Below are positions 1 to 9,566 of a DNA stretch of 46,967 nucleotides, one piece after another. The notes under the pieces are model-generated. The model searched no databases and was not told the origin of the DNA. It saw only the letters and a list, made by a program, of their open reading frames with translations. Numbering within the stretch: the first letter of the stretch is position 1; every line of letters starts with the position of its first letter. This DNA is from Gaiellaceae bacterium. Its GTDB lineage: Bacteria > Actinomycetota > Thermoleophilia > Gaiellales > Gaiellaceae. The position numbers were made by a program, and so were the translations under genes. The stretch is from the NCBI GenBank assembly GCA_041487575.1, contig JBGPNP010000001.1:1-46967 (forward strand). The letters run 5' to 3'.

Positions 1-76
1 ACGGGTCCCGGCCCGCCCACGTTGAGGAGCCCCTTCACGCGCAGGACATCCGCCCCGCGGCTCTGGAGCAGCATGG

Positions 77-856
77 TCAGCAGACGCCGAACGCCGTCCA
101 GTCGAGCTCGTCCACGAGGAAGAGCGCGAACGCCCTCACGCCGCCGTGCTCCGTGCCGTCGTGAGAATGATTCTCGTTCTCGCCGGAGCCCGGCTCGGAC
201 GACCCGCGCTCGGACGACCCGCGCTCGGGCGGCTCGAACTCGCGCGGATCGCGCTCTACCCCTCCTAGGAGCAGGGCGGGATCGACGTCGCCGAACGAGA
301 TCTCTCGGATCTGGGCGAGCGGGTTGAGCCGGCGGAGCTCCTTCTCGAGCCGCTCGACCGAGCCGGGCTCCGCCGCGTCGGCCTTCGTCACGACGAGCGT
401 GTCCGCCGCGGCGGCCTGACGGACAGACTCGGGCCGGCCGAGGCCGTGCTGGGCGTCCACCGTGGTCACGACCGCCTCGAGCCGGTAGTGGTGCTTGACG
501 ACAGGCTCGGAGAGGAGCGTGGAGAGGATCGGCGCCGGCTCGGCGAGGCCGGTGGTCTCTAGCACGACCCGGCGGAAGGGTGGGATCTCGCCGCGCTCCC
601 GCCGGGAGAGGAGGTCGCGCAGCTCGTCGGCCAGGTCACCTCGCATGGAGCAGCAGAGGCAGCCGGAGGCGAGGAGGACGGTGCGCTCGTCCACCCGGCG
701 CAGGAGGTGGTGGTCGATCCCGATCTCGCCGAGCTCGTTCACGAGCACAGCCGTCTCGCCCATGTCGGGATGCGCGAGGAGCTTCCGGAGCAGCGTCGTC
801 TTCCCGCTTCCGAGGGCGCCCGTGACAATCGCGACCGGGAGCTTCTCAGTGCTCAT
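77..856 (-). CDS. COG0523/CobW-family G3E metallochaperone GTPase; the C-terminal domain continues in another frame (see finding)
   Basis: Internal ATG of track ORF 77..2002. Walker A GALGSGKTTLL, metal-binding motif GCLCCS, and a His/Glu/Ser-rich linker near the C-terminus. Confidence 0.85.
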   Translation of the reverse strand: MSTEKLPVAIVTGALGSGKTTLLRKLLAHPDMGETAVLVNELGEIGIDHHLLRRVDERTVLLASGCLCCSMRGDLADELRDLLSRRERGEIPPFRRVVLETTGLAEPAPILSTLLSEPVVKHHYRLEAVVTTVDAQHGLGRPESVRQAAAADTLVVTKADAAEPGSVERLEKELRRLNPLAQIREISFGDVDPALLLGGVERDPREFEPPERGSSERGSSEPGSGENENHSHDGTEHGGVRAFALFLVDELDWTAFGVC

Positions 857-870
857 TCCGAGAGGAGCTC

Positions 871-1155
871 CTAGCCACGCGCTCCGGCGAGCGCTGCGAC
901 GAGTGCCGGGTCGAGCGGATCGAGCCGGCGCCCCGCGAGCTTCTCGGCCTCGCTCCACAGGCTCCCCAGGTCGGAGACGACGACCGCCGACCCCTTGCGG
1001 TCGCGCAGCGTGTAGACGGCGCCGCTCCAGTCGTCCAGCGCCAGCCCGTAGTGGGCCAGCACGCGGTTGACGAGCCGCACCCGGAAGGCACGCCCCCGGG
1101 CGCCGCCTTTCTCGGCCCAGTGGTCGGTCAGCAGGACTCCGCAGAGGGCGCACAT
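871..1155 (-). CDS. small hypothetical protein with N-terminal CxxC (MCALCG)
   Basis: 94-aa track ORF ending 14 nt upstream of the GTPase start, same strand, operon-like arrangement. No family recognised. Confidence 0.5.
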   Translation of the reverse strand: MCALCGVLLTDHWAEKGGARGRAFRVRLVNRVLAHYGLALDDWSGAVYTLRDRKGSAVVVSDLGSLWSEAEKLAGRRLDPLDPALVAALAGARG

Positions 1156-1192
1156 TTAGAGTCCGTTCTACCAGCGACCCGAGGGAGGAGCG

Positions 1193-2071
1193 ATGGCCAA
1201 GGAGATCTTTTGCGCATTCGGGGTGGACGTGGACGCGGTGGCGGGCTGGCTCGGCTCGTACGGCGGAGAGGACTCGCCAGACGACATCTCGCGCGGCCTG
1301 TTCGCCGGCGAGGTCGGCACGCCGAGGTTGCTCAAGCTGTTCGAGAAGTACGGCCTCCGGACGACGTGGTTCATCCCGGGCCACTCGATCGAGACGTTCC
1401 CAGCGGAGACGCAGATGGTCGTTGCGGCCGGCCACGAGATCGGGATGCACGGCTACTCGCACGAGAACCCGATCGCGATGACGCCGGAGCAGGAGGAGGA
1501 GGTCCTCGTCAAGTGCATCGACCTCATCGAGGACGTCTGCAGCCGCCGCCCCACCGGCTACGTCGCCCCGTGGTGGGAGTTCTCGAACGTCACGAACGAG
1601 CTCCTGCTCAAGCACGGGATCAAGTACGACCACTCGCTCATGCACAAGGACTTCCACCCGTACTACGTCCGCGTGGGCGACAAGTGGACGAAGATCGACT
1701 ACTCGAAGCGGGCCTCCGAGTGGATGGTCCCGGTCGAGCGCGGCCACGAGACCGGCCTGATCGAGATCCCGGCGAGCTGGTACCTCGATGACCTGCCGCC
1801 GATGATGTTCATCAAGAAGTCCCCGAACTCGCACGGCTTCGTCATCCCGCGCCACCTCGAGGAGATCTGGCGCGACCAGTTCGACTACGTCTACCGCGAG
1901 TACGACTACGCGGTCTTCGCGATGACGATCCATCCGGACGTGAGCGGCCGGCCGCAGGTGATCCTCATGCTCGAGCGGATGATCGAGCACTTGAATCGGC
2001 ACGACGGGATCCGGTGGGCCACGTTCGACGAGATCGCGGACGACTTCGCGCAGAGGAGCCCGCGGACGTAG
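1193..2071 (+). CDS. polysaccharide deacetylase (CE4/NodB-fold) family hydrolase
   Basis: 292-aa ORF with SD GGGAGGAG upstream. Contains FGVDVD and HGYSHEN (HxxxH-type) motifs typical of the CE4 fold. Confidence 0.8.
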   Translation: MAKEIFCAFGVDVDAVAGWLGSYGGEDSPDDISRGLFAGEVGTPRLLKLFEKYGLRTTWFIPGHSIETFPAETQMVVAAGHEIGMHGYSHENPIAMTPEQEEEVLVKCIDLIEDVCSRRPTGYVAPWWEFSNVTNELLLKHGIKYDHSLMHKDFHPYYVRVGDKWTKIDYSKRASEWMVPVERGHETGLIEIPASWYLDDLPPMMFIKKSPNSHGFVIPRHLEEIWRDQFDYVYREYDYAVFAMTIHPDVSGRPQVILMLERMIEHLNRHDGIRWATFDEIADDFAQRSPRT

Positions 2072-2097
2072 CGGCCACGCAGGCTAGCCTTCGGGCC

Positions 2098-2754
2098 GTG
2101 CGCGCGATCGTCCAGCTCGAAGGCGAGCCTCGGTTCCGCCCCTTCCCGTTCCGGCTTCCACTGGAAGGGCCGGTCGGGCGCGCCGTCGCAGGCGCAACCC
2201 GCCTGCTCGCCCGCACCTCGGGACGGTTCGACGGGCCGATCGCCTTCTGCCACGGCATCTCGCCTGGCGGCGCGATCCTCCGCCGCGCCGGACGCTACTC
2301 CGAGGCGCTCGTCGTCTTCGAGGAGCCCTCGCTCGCCTACCGCCTCGGCTATGCCCTCGGCGTCCAGCTCTTCGTCGAGCGGGAGGGCGGCGACGTCCTC
2401 TTCCAGCTCCGCGGCCGCTCGATCGGGCGCGACCCGCTTCTCTGGACGGCGTCCGCGTCGGGCGGCCTGAGGCCGGGGGAGGAGCCGCGCTTCGCCGCAC
2501 TTGGGGACGCCGCCGAGGAGCTCGGACTCTCCGAGAGCGACCTCGCCGGCCTCCGTGGGGTCGCGGTCGTTGCGAACGACGACACTGGCTCGGCCCTCGT
2601 CGTCTACCGCGCAGCGCTGGCTCCGGGCACAGAGCCGCAGCCCGACCCGGTCAAGGTCGCCGAGCTCCGCTGGGCGCCAAGCCCGGCCGATCTCGGCGCG
2701 CAGGTGTCGAGCGACACGCTCGCCTGCTGGCAGGCAATCGATCGCTTTCGCTAG
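2098..2754 (+). CDS. Nudix-like hydrolase family protein with a degenerate Nudix box
   Basis: GGLRPGEEPRFAALGDAAEELGL fits Gx5Ex7..x2EExGU, except GD replaces RE. Track start 2014 overlaps the upstream gene, so the in-frame GTG at 2098 is used. The start is uncertain. Confidence 0.45.
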   Translation: MRAIVQLEGEPRFRPFPFRLPLEGPVGRAVAGATRLLARTSGRFDGPIAFCHGISPGGAILRRAGRYSEALVVFEEPSLAYRLGYALGVQLFVEREGGDVLFQLRGRSIGRDPLLWTASASGGLRPGEEPRFAALGDAAEELGLSESDLAGLRGVAVVANDDTGSALVVYRAALAPGTEPQPDPVKVAELRWAPSPADLGAQVSSDTLACWQAIDRFR

Positions 2755-3042
2755 GACAAGGCCTGCCTCGCCCACAGGTCGACGGTCCCGGCCCGCTCCT
2801 CCTCGAGCTGGGGGAGACGTCGGAAGGACCCATCCGGCCCTCGAGTCAGATACGAACTTCTCATCATAAGAACGGGCTGCGGCCTCCGAGGCCGGCGGTC
2901 GCTCAGGACGGCTACACGGCCGAGGCGCGGACAAGGATCGGAGCGAGGCCCGCCGGCGAGCGCGACCTCCTCGCCCGCGGCGCTCGCTCGAGAAGCACGC
3001 GCGACACCCAGCGCTCGAGGCCGAGCGTGCGGCGGGCCGCCG

Positions 3043-3831
3043 TCACGTCTTGGGCAGCGACTCGAAGATGTACCAGTTGGCCGTGAGGCCGCAGTCGACG
3101 GTGAGGTTGTGACCGGTGATCCCCGAGGCGTCGTCGGAGGCGAGGAACGCGAAGGCGGCGGCGATCTCGGCAGTCGTCACGAGCCGGCGCATCGGCACGC
3201 GCTCGAAGTTCGTGAGGAGGTAGCTCATGAGCTTCGGGTCGACGCCCTGCTCGGTCATCTCCGTGTGCGTGAAGCCCGGGCTGACCGCGTTGACCCGGAT
3301 GCCGTGGGGCGCGAGCTCCATCGCCATCGTCCGGTTGAGCCCGAGCATGCCGGCCTTCGAGGAGTTGTACGCGATGTACGGGCCGTCGGCGCCCGAGGCG
3401 TCGATCGAGACGTTGTGGAGGATGACGCCGCCGCTCGTCTTCACCATCTCGCGCGCGACGCGCTGGCTCATGAAGAAAGCGCCGGAGAGGTTCGTGTTCA
3501 GAACGCGGAACCAGTTCTCGACCGCGACGTCGAGGAAGGGCGTGTCGTCGTCCGTGCCGGCGTTGTTGACGAGGACGTCGATCCGGCCCCATCGCGCCAC
3601 GGCCGCATCGACCGCCGCCTGGCACTGATCGGAGTCAGAGACGTCGGCCTGGTGCGCCCACGCCTTGCCGCCCCCGGCCCGGATCGCCTCGGCGGACACC
3701 TCGACCTGCTGGAGCGTCCGGGCAACGAGCATGACGTCGGCGCCCTCGGAGGCGAAGCGCTCCGCCGTCGCGCGACCGATCCCGCGCCCCCCGCCGGTGA
3801 CGATGACGTTCTTGCCTTCGAATCGGTTCAT
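3043..3831 (-). CDS. SDR family oxidoreductase
   Basis: TGGGRGIG cofactor motif, NNAG, and YxxxK (YNSSK). 262 aa. Confidence 0.9.
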   Translation of the reverse strand: MNRFEGKNVIVTGGGRGIGRATAERFASEGADVMLVARTLQQVEVSAEAIRAGGGKAWAHQADVSDSDQCQAAVDAAVARWGRIDVLVNNAGTDDDTPFLDVAVENWFRVLNTNLSGAFFMSQRVAREMVKTSGGVILHNVSIDASGADGPYIAYNSSKAGMLGLNRTMAMELAPHGIRVNAVSPGFTHTEMTEQGVDPKLMSYLLTNFERVPMRRLVTTAEIAAAFAFLASDDASGITGHNLTVDCGLTANWYIFESLPKT

Positions 3832-3838
3832 GAGCTCC

Positions 3839-4708
3839 TCATCCCTTCACGGCCCCCGCGGTCAGGCCCCGGATGAAGAAGCGCTGGCCGAAGAGGTAGA
3901 CGACGAACATCGGGAGCGAGGCCAGGAGCATCCCGGCCATCGTCAGCGGGACGTCGAGGTTGTAGCGGTTCTGGAAGACCGTGACGCCCACCATGAGGGT
4001 GCGCTTGCCCTCGTCGGGGAGGAACACGAGCGCGATCAGGAGCTCGTTCCAGACCCAGAGGGCGTTGACGACGACGAGCGTCACGAGCGCGGGCGCGGAG
4101 AGCGGCACGAAGATCCGCCACAGGATCCGCAGGTGCGAGGCGCCGTCGATCACCGCCGACTCGAGCAGGTCGCGCGGGATCGAGCGGAAGAAGTTGGTCA
4201 ACAGGTAGACCGAGAACGGGAGCGTCAGGCCCGCGTAGATGAGGATCACGCCCCAGTACGTCGAGATGAGCGAGAACTGCGTGAAGAGCGTGAAAAGCGG
4301 GATGAGCATGACGACAGGCGGGACGATCATCAGCGCGACGTTGATCGAGAGGAAGACGTCGCGGCCGCGGAAGCGCATGCGGGCGATGGCGAACGCCGCG
4401 AGCGCGGCGAACGCCGTGGAGACGACGACGGCGCCGATCGAGAGGATCGCGCTGTTCTTGAACCATGTGAAGAAGAGGCCGCCGTGCAGCGCGCCCGAGA
4501 AGTTGCCGAAGTGGAGCGGCCACGGGAACCCGTACGTGTCGTTCAGGTACTGGTCGCGGCCCTTGAAGGCCGTCGAGGCCATGAACCAGATCGGGTAGAG
4601 CGCAAGGATCGCGGCGAGCGCGAGGAGGGCTTGGCGGACGGCGCGCGCGAGCGGGAGCCGCCGTCTTCTGCGAGGAGTCGATGTGGAGAGCCGTCCGGCG
4701 CGACTCAT
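3839..4708 (-). CDS. carbohydrate ABC transporter permease (MalG/UgpE-like)
   Basis: Six-TM profile with EAA-type loop ESAVIDGASHLRILWRIFVPLS. Confidence 0.9.
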   Translation of the reverse strand: MSRAGRLSTSTPRRRRRLPLARAVRQALLALAAILALYPIWFMASTAFKGRDQYLNDTYGFPWPLHFGNFSGALHGGLFFTWFKNSAILSIGAVVVSTAFAALAAFAIARMRFRGRDVFLSINVALMIVPPVVMLIPLFTLFTQFSLISTYWGVILIYAGLTLPFSVYLLTNFFRSIPRDLLESAVIDGASHLRILWRIFVPLSAPALVTLVVVNALWVWNELLIALVFLPDEGKRTLMVGVTVFQNRYNLDVPLTMAGMLLASLPMFVVYLFGQRFFIRGLTAGAVKG

Positions 4709-4841
4709 GCGGAGAATCCTTTCGCTTGCGACACGAAATCGGCACAGCTCTTGACACTCCCGCGCGCCTTTCGCCGATACCCTCCCGGCGGGTGGCGGGT
4801 GGAACCGGGACCCGGTTTGGGTCCGGCGTAGGGTCCCGGGG

Positions 4842-4860
4842 TCCCCACCCAGGGTGGGGA
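4842..4860. repeat. GC-rich palindrome TCCCCACCC-A-GGGTGGGGA
   Basis: Read directly from the sequence. The same core, CCCCACCC-N-GGGTGGGG, recurs at 34649..34665. Confidence 0.85.
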
Positions 4861-4886
4861 GTTGGTGCTGCTCGCGACGGCCCGCC

Positions 4887-5756
4887 TCACGCGACCTCCT
4901 CCTCCCGCGCCCGCGAGCGCACCCAGAAGAGGACGGCGATGAAGATCATCGTCGCGCCCATGAGCAGCACGGCCACCGCCGACGCCATGCCCGGCAGCGA
5001 GTTTCTGAGCCCCTGGTTGTAGATGTAGAACTCGAGGACGACTGTGGCGTTTCCCGGCCCGCCCCCGGTCAGCGTGTAGACGTAGCCGAAGACCCAGGCG
5101 AGCATCGTGATCGCCGCGACGACGCAGTAGAACTCGATCGTCCCGCGCAGCTCGGGGAGGATGATGTGGCGCAGGCGGGCCCACCACCCCGCCCCGTCGA
5201 TCCTCGCGGCCTCGATCTGCTCCTCCGGGAGGGAGAGGAGCCGAGCGAGGAAGAGGACGATCCCGAACCCAACCTCGCGCCAGACGATCACGATCATGAG
5301 CGTCACGAGCGCAAGCTTCTCGTTGCCGAGCCAGTCCGGGCCGCCGAGCCCGATGCCGCGCAGGATGGCGTTGACGACGCCGTTCAGCGTGAACAGGTAG
5401 CTCGCGACGATGCCGATGATCGGGACGGCAAGGATGTAGGGGAAGAAGAGAACGCTCCTGTAGATCCGCCAGCCCCGCACCCGCTCGAAGAGGAGCACGG
5501 CGACGAGGACGGAGATCGCGAGCAGCACGGGCACCGCCACGAGGAGCAGCGCGCTGTGCTTCGCGGCGGCGACGAACGTCGGGTCTTCGAAGATGAGCCG
5601 GTAGTTGTTCAGCCCGACGAACGGCCCTGAGTTCCCGCGGATCAGCCGCATCGAGAAGTCGATCACCCGCGCGATCGGGTAGGCGAAGATGAACCCGATC
5701 AAGAGGGCGGCAGGGGCCACGTACGCGTACGGAGCCCAGGAACGCGTCTTCAGCAC
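4887..5756 (-). CDS. carbohydrate ABC transporter permease (MalF/UgpA-like)
   Basis: EAA loop EAARIDGAGWWARLRHIILPEL. 289 aa. Confidence 0.9.
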   Translation of the reverse strand: MLKTRSWAPYAYVAPAALLIGFIFAYPIARVIDFSMRLIRGNSGPFVGLNNYRLIFEDPTFVAAAKHSALLLVAVPVLLAISVLVAVLLFERVRGWRIYRSVLFFPYILAVPIIGIVASYLFTLNGVVNAILRGIGLGGPDWLGNEKLALVTLMIVIVWREVGFGIVLFLARLLSLPEEQIEAARIDGAGWWARLRHIILPELRGTIEFYCVVAAITMLAWVFGYVYTLTGGGPGNATVVLEFYIYNQGLRNSLPGMASAVAVLLMGATMIFIAVLFWVRSRAREEEVA

Positions 5757-5789
5757 GGCGTTTCTTCCCGGCGGGCCGCCGGGCTCGGG

Positions 5790-7142
5790 TCAGACCGCGA
5801 GGTCCTTGCCCCAGGTCGTGTACTTCTCGACGAGGTCCGGGTTCTGCTTCTTCCACTTCTCGGTCACCTGGGCAGCGAGATCGCCCGTCTGATCGCCCTT
5901 GAGCGTCCCGGCCAGGATCTTCTGCGAGGCGACGAACATCGCGTCGGTCCAGAAGAGCGTCGGCATCAGGTCGGCGACGTAGACGTTGTGCGTGCCCTTC
6001 CACCACTCGTCATAGACGCCTTTGAGGAAGGGGTCGTCGATCAGGCTCGAGTCGAACGTGTCGTCGGCGGGGAGGGCTTTGGAGAGCGTCCACATCGCCT
6101 TCAGCCGGTCCGGCGAGTGCATGAACTCGAGGAACTTCGCGGCGTCCTCGTGGTCGTGGCCCTTGGTCGGGATGCCGAAGCCCTGCGTGTCCGTGATCGG
6201 GATGCCTGCCATCTTCCCGCTGCCGAAGGTCGGCATGACGAAGTAGCCGAGCTTGTCACCGAGCTTCGACTGCGAATCCGGCAGAGCCGCGGTCGTGTTG
6301 ATCGTCATCGCGGCCTTGCCGTCGTTGAAGGGCGCGATCCCCTGGTAGAGCTCGAGCGAGTTGATGTCGTTGTTGATGAAGCCGTTGTCGTAGAGCTCCT
6401 GGAGCTTGACCCAGTGCTCGTGGTACTTCGGCTCGCGCCAGTCGAGTTTGCCGATGAAGAGGTCGAGCGCCTCGGCCGGTGAGTCGAGAGCCTGCGTCAG
6501 CGTGTTGACGAAGTACCACTCGCCGAGGAAGCCGTCCTTGATGCCGCCTGTGAGCGGCTGCACGCCCGAGCTCTTGAGCTTGTCGCACGCGTTCAGGAAC
6601 TCGTCCCACGTCTTCGGCGGCGAGTCCGCGTTCAGGCCCGCTTTCGAGAACAGCTCCTTGTTGTATTCGAGCCCGAAGCCGACGATGTAGAAGCCGACAC
6701 GGTACTGCTTGCCCTCGAAGTCCGAGAGCACGGTCGCACCGGAAGTCTTGAGGACGTTGTCGGAGACGAGGCCGTTCAACGGGGCGAGGTAGCCGAGCCA
6801 CACGTTCTCCATGTGGTAGATGCCGTTGAAGATGAACTGGATGTCCGGCGGCTTCCCGGCTGCGGCTGCGTTCGTGAACTTGGGGATGACGTTGTTCGTG
6901 TCCATGAGGAGCGGATCGATCGTGGTCCCGGTCTGCTCCTTGAACTTCGCGATCGTGTCGTCCACCCACTTCTTGACCCCAACCGCTTCCTGGTCGCCCC
7001 ACCACCACATGGAGAGCTTGCCCCCGCCGCCTCCACCACCACCGCACGCGGCGAGAAGCGGGCCGAGCCCGGCGACGGCGATTCCGCCGGCCGTGTAACG
7101 AAGGAGCTGACGGCGCGAGATAGGGCGGGAAAGCGGATCCAC
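5790..7142 (-). CDS. ABC transporter extracellular solute-binding lipoprotein (CUT1 sugar family)
   Basis: GTG start. Tat-like SRRQLL, lipobox LAAC, then a G8 linker. SBP family 1-like body. Confidence 0.9.
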   Translation of the reverse strand: MDPLSRPISRRQLLRYTAGGIAVAGLGPLLAACGGGGGGGGKLSMWWWGDQEAVGVKKWVDDTIAKFKEQTGTTIDPLLMDTNNVIPKFTNAAAAGKPPDIQFIFNGIYHMENVWLGYLAPLNGLVSDNVLKTSGATVLSDFEGKQYRVGFYIVGFGLEYNKELFSKAGLNADSPPKTWDEFLNACDKLKSSGVQPLTGGIKDGFLGEWYFVNTLTQALDSPAEALDLFIGKLDWREPKYHEHWVKLQELYDNGFINNDINSLELYQGIAPFNDGKAAMTINTTAALPDSQSKLGDKLGYFVMPTFGSGKMAGIPITDTQGFGIPTKGHDHEDAAKFLEFMHSPDRLKAMWTLSKALPADDTFDSSLIDDPFLKGVYDEWWKGTHNVYVADLMPTLFWTDAMFVASQKILAGTLKGDQTGDLAAQVTEKWKKQNPDLVEKYTTWGKDLAV

Positions 7143-7180
7143 GTGAACCTCCTCGAGTCGGGGTCACGACCCCGTGGCTG

Positions 7181-7190
7181 CAATCGATTG
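7181..7190. promoter_or_regulatory. perfect 10-bp palindrome CAATCGATTG in the divergent intergenic region (candidate operator)
   Basis: Read directly from the sequence. Lies between the divergent SBP and SDR operons. No cognate regulator is present in the window. Confidence 0.25.
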
Positions 7191-7290
7191 TCAGCCGAGG
7201 TTACGGCTGTTCGGGAAGACCTGTCAAGCCGCGGGAGCAACCCGGAGGACGCTCGCGCCAGGAGTTGGAGCGAGATGGTCACCCTCCGCC

Positions 7291-7320
7291 TTGACACTCT
7301 TTCGGCGCCGACCCTACGAT
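7291..7320 (+). promoter_or_regulatory. candidate sigma70-type promoter TTGACA-N18-TACGAT
   Basis: The hexamers lie 38 nt upstream of the SDR ATG at 7358. Confidence 0.3.
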
Positions 7321-7357
7321 CGGGCCGCTCCAACGTTTGTCTACCGCCGGAGGCGCA

Positions 7358-8122
7358 ATGGCAAAGCTCGACGGACGGGTCGCGATCGTCACCGGCGCCG
7401 GCACGGGCCTCGGTCGCGGCATCGCGCAGGAGTTGGCCGAGGCCGGGGCCGACATCGCCGTCCTCGAGATCAACCCCGAGTCCGGCGAGACGGCCGCGGG
7501 TGAGCTCGCGCTTGGAGTGCGATCCCGCGCCTACCCGACCGACGTCGCAAGCCGGGAGCAGGTCGACGCGGCCTTCGAGGCCGTCGTACGTGACCTCGGC
7601 CGGCTCGACATCGTCGTCAACAACGCCGGCATCTCGCGCGTGGGGCCGCACACACAGGACGTCACCGACGAGGACTGGCACGAATCGATCGCGGTCATGC
7701 AGACGGGCGTCTTCTACTGCATGCGCGCCGCGGGACGGATCATGGTGCCGCAGAAGTCGGGCTGTGTGATCAACATCTCGTCCATACGGGGCTTCTCGCC
7801 CAACCCCGGCCGGATGACCTACTCCACCCCGAAAGCCGCGGTGATCATGATGACGAAGATCGCCGCCGGCGAATGGGCGCCCCACGGCGTGCGCGTGAAC
7901 GCGATCGCCCCCGGCGTCCTGCGCACGCCCATGTGGGACGCGGATGTCGCCCGCGGGGCGATCGACGAGCAGCTCTACCTCGACGTCGTCCCGATGCACC
8001 GGCTCGGGATGCCGTCCGAAGTCGGCAAGCTCGCCGTCTATCTGACGTCCGACGACGCCTCGTACATCACCGGCTCGGTCCTCACCATCGACGGAGCCCT
8101 CACCTCGATCCCCGTCGCCTAA
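7358..8122 (+). CDS. SDR family oxidoreductase (FabG-like)
   Basis: ATG preceded by GGAGG. TGAGTGLG, NNAG and YxxxK (YSTPK). The track ORF starts earlier, at a TTG at 7337. Confidence 0.9.
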   Translation: MAKLDGRVAIVTGAGTGLGRGIAQELAEAGADIAVLEINPESGETAAGELALGVRSRAYPTDVASREQVDAAFEAVVRDLGRLDIVVNNAGISRVGPHTQDVTDEDWHESIAVMQTGVFYCMRAAGRIMVPQKSGCVINISSIRGFSPNPGRMTYSTPKAAVIMMTKIAAGEWAPHGVRVNAIAPGVLRTPMWDADVARGAIDEQLYLDVVPMHRLGMPSEVGKLAVYLTSDDASYITGSVLTIDGALTSIPVA

Positions 8123-8136
8123 CACTGGAGGTCCAC

Positions 8137-9501
8137 ATGAAACGACCGATGAGAACCGCTCTGGCCACAATCGCCCTCTGCGCGCTCGCTGCCCTGCTCT
8201 TCGCCGTGGCCGCGACAGCCCGCACGAGCAGTGGCGGCCTCGGCAGCCAGTACGACGTCAGCAAGGACGGCAAGGTGACCCTGACCCTCTGGTGGCTCGG
8301 CGACCAGGAGGTGCCCGGGATCGAGAAGTGGATGAAGGAGACGATCGCCAAGTACCAGGCCCTCCATCCGAACGTGACGATCAAGACGGTCATCGACCCG
8401 ACGGACACCTGGACGCAGACGCAGCAGACCGCCTGCAAGGCCAAGTCGGGCGCGGACCTCTGGTACAACTGGTCGGGGACCTGGTCGCTCGAGCAGGCTT
8501 GGTCGGGCTGCACGGTCCCGAACGAGGTCGTGCTCTCCCCCGCGGACATCTCGACCGTCCCGAACGTGGGCGAGACGCGCTGGCAGGGGAAGACCTGGGA
8601 CTACCCGCTCTACCGCTTCGTCTACCCGGTCGTCTACAACAAGGCGCTCTTCAAGAAGGCGGGCCTCGACCCGAACCGCCCGCCGACGACCTGGGCGGCC
8701 TTCCTCGGCGCGAGCCAGAAGCTCAAGGCGTCGGGCGTGACGCCCATCGTCGTCGGCCTGAAGGATGGCTTCGGCGGCGAGATCCTCGGCAGCGCCACGT
8801 TCCAGAAGCAGCTCTACTCGAGCTACAAGGGCCTCGTCCAGATGGTCATCAACGGCAACTTCACGTCACCGACCTGGACGTCCTGGATCACGAAGCTCGC
8901 CCAGCTCAAGCCCTACTTCAACAACGACGTCAACTCGATCACCTTCGGCGAAGGGCTCGGCCGCTTCCAGAACGGGACGGCCGCCATGGTGTTCGGAACC
9001 CCGGGCGTCCAGGCGACGATCGCCGACATGACGAAGGCCGGCAAGCAGGTCGGCGTCATGAAGCCGCCGGTCTTCGGCTCGGGCAGCTATGCGAACTCGC
9101 TCGTCAACACCGGCAACGGCTTCCAGGTCACCTCCTGGTCGAAGCACAAGGAGGTCGCGGGCAGCTTCATGGCCTTCATGCATACGACCGAGCGCCTGAA
9201 CGCGCTCTACGCCCAGACGGGCAACTTCCCGGCCGACACGCGCTGGAACCCGTCACAGGCGAAGAGCGCGACCGACAGGGCCATGCTCGGCTGGCTCAAG
9301 GACAAGAACGTCAACTACCCGGCGAACTACTACCCGACCGACCTCGACGTCAACGGCAACTTCGTCGTCTTCCAGGGCATCCTGGGCGGAAAGATGACCG
9401 TCGCGCAGGCGGCGAAGACGTACCAGGACGTCATCACGAAGTGGCGGAAGCTGCACGCCGCCGACCTGCGCAACTACCTCGCGTGGGTGAGCAGCCTCTA
9501 G
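8137..9501 (+). CDS. ABC transporter solute-binding protein (CUT1 sugar family), paralog of 5790..7142
   Basis: ATG after CTGGAGG. Sec signal peptide MKRPMRTALATIALCALAALLFAVAATA. Shares the WW(W/L)GDQE motif with the other SBP. Confidence 0.9.
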   Translation: MKRPMRTALATIALCALAALLFAVAATARTSSGGLGSQYDVSKDGKVTLTLWWLGDQEVPGIEKWMKETIAKYQALHPNVTIKTVIDPTDTWTQTQQTACKAKSGADLWYNWSGTWSLEQAWSGCTVPNEVVLSPADISTVPNVGETRWQGKTWDYPLYRFVYPVVYNKALFKKAGLDPNRPPTTWAAFLGASQKLKASGVTPIVVGLKDGFGGEILGSATFQKQLYSSYKGLVQMVINGNFTSPTWTSWITKLAQLKPYFNNDVNSITFGEGLGRFQNGTAAMVFGTPGVQATIADMTKAGKQVGVMKPPVFGSGSYANSLVNTGNGFQVTSWSKHKEVAGSFMAFMHTTERLNALYAQTGNFPADTRWNPSQAKSATDRAMLGWLKDKNVNYPANYYPTDLDVNGNFVVFQGILGGKMTVAQAAKTYQDVITKWRKLHAADLRNYLAWVSSL

Positions 9502-9566
9502 GGAGAGACACGAGCCCGCCGCCGGCCCGCCATGGCCGGCGGCGGGCTCCCTCGCCGGTTCACTGA

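Noticed and set aside
77-2002. 641-aa minus-strand track ORF
   Set aside because: It is a composite. Only the last 259 codons (from the ATG at 856) look like a real protein, the CobW GTPase. The upstream part is Arg/Pro/Asp-rich antisense read-through of the CE4 hydrolase gene, as is typical for a 70% GC genome.
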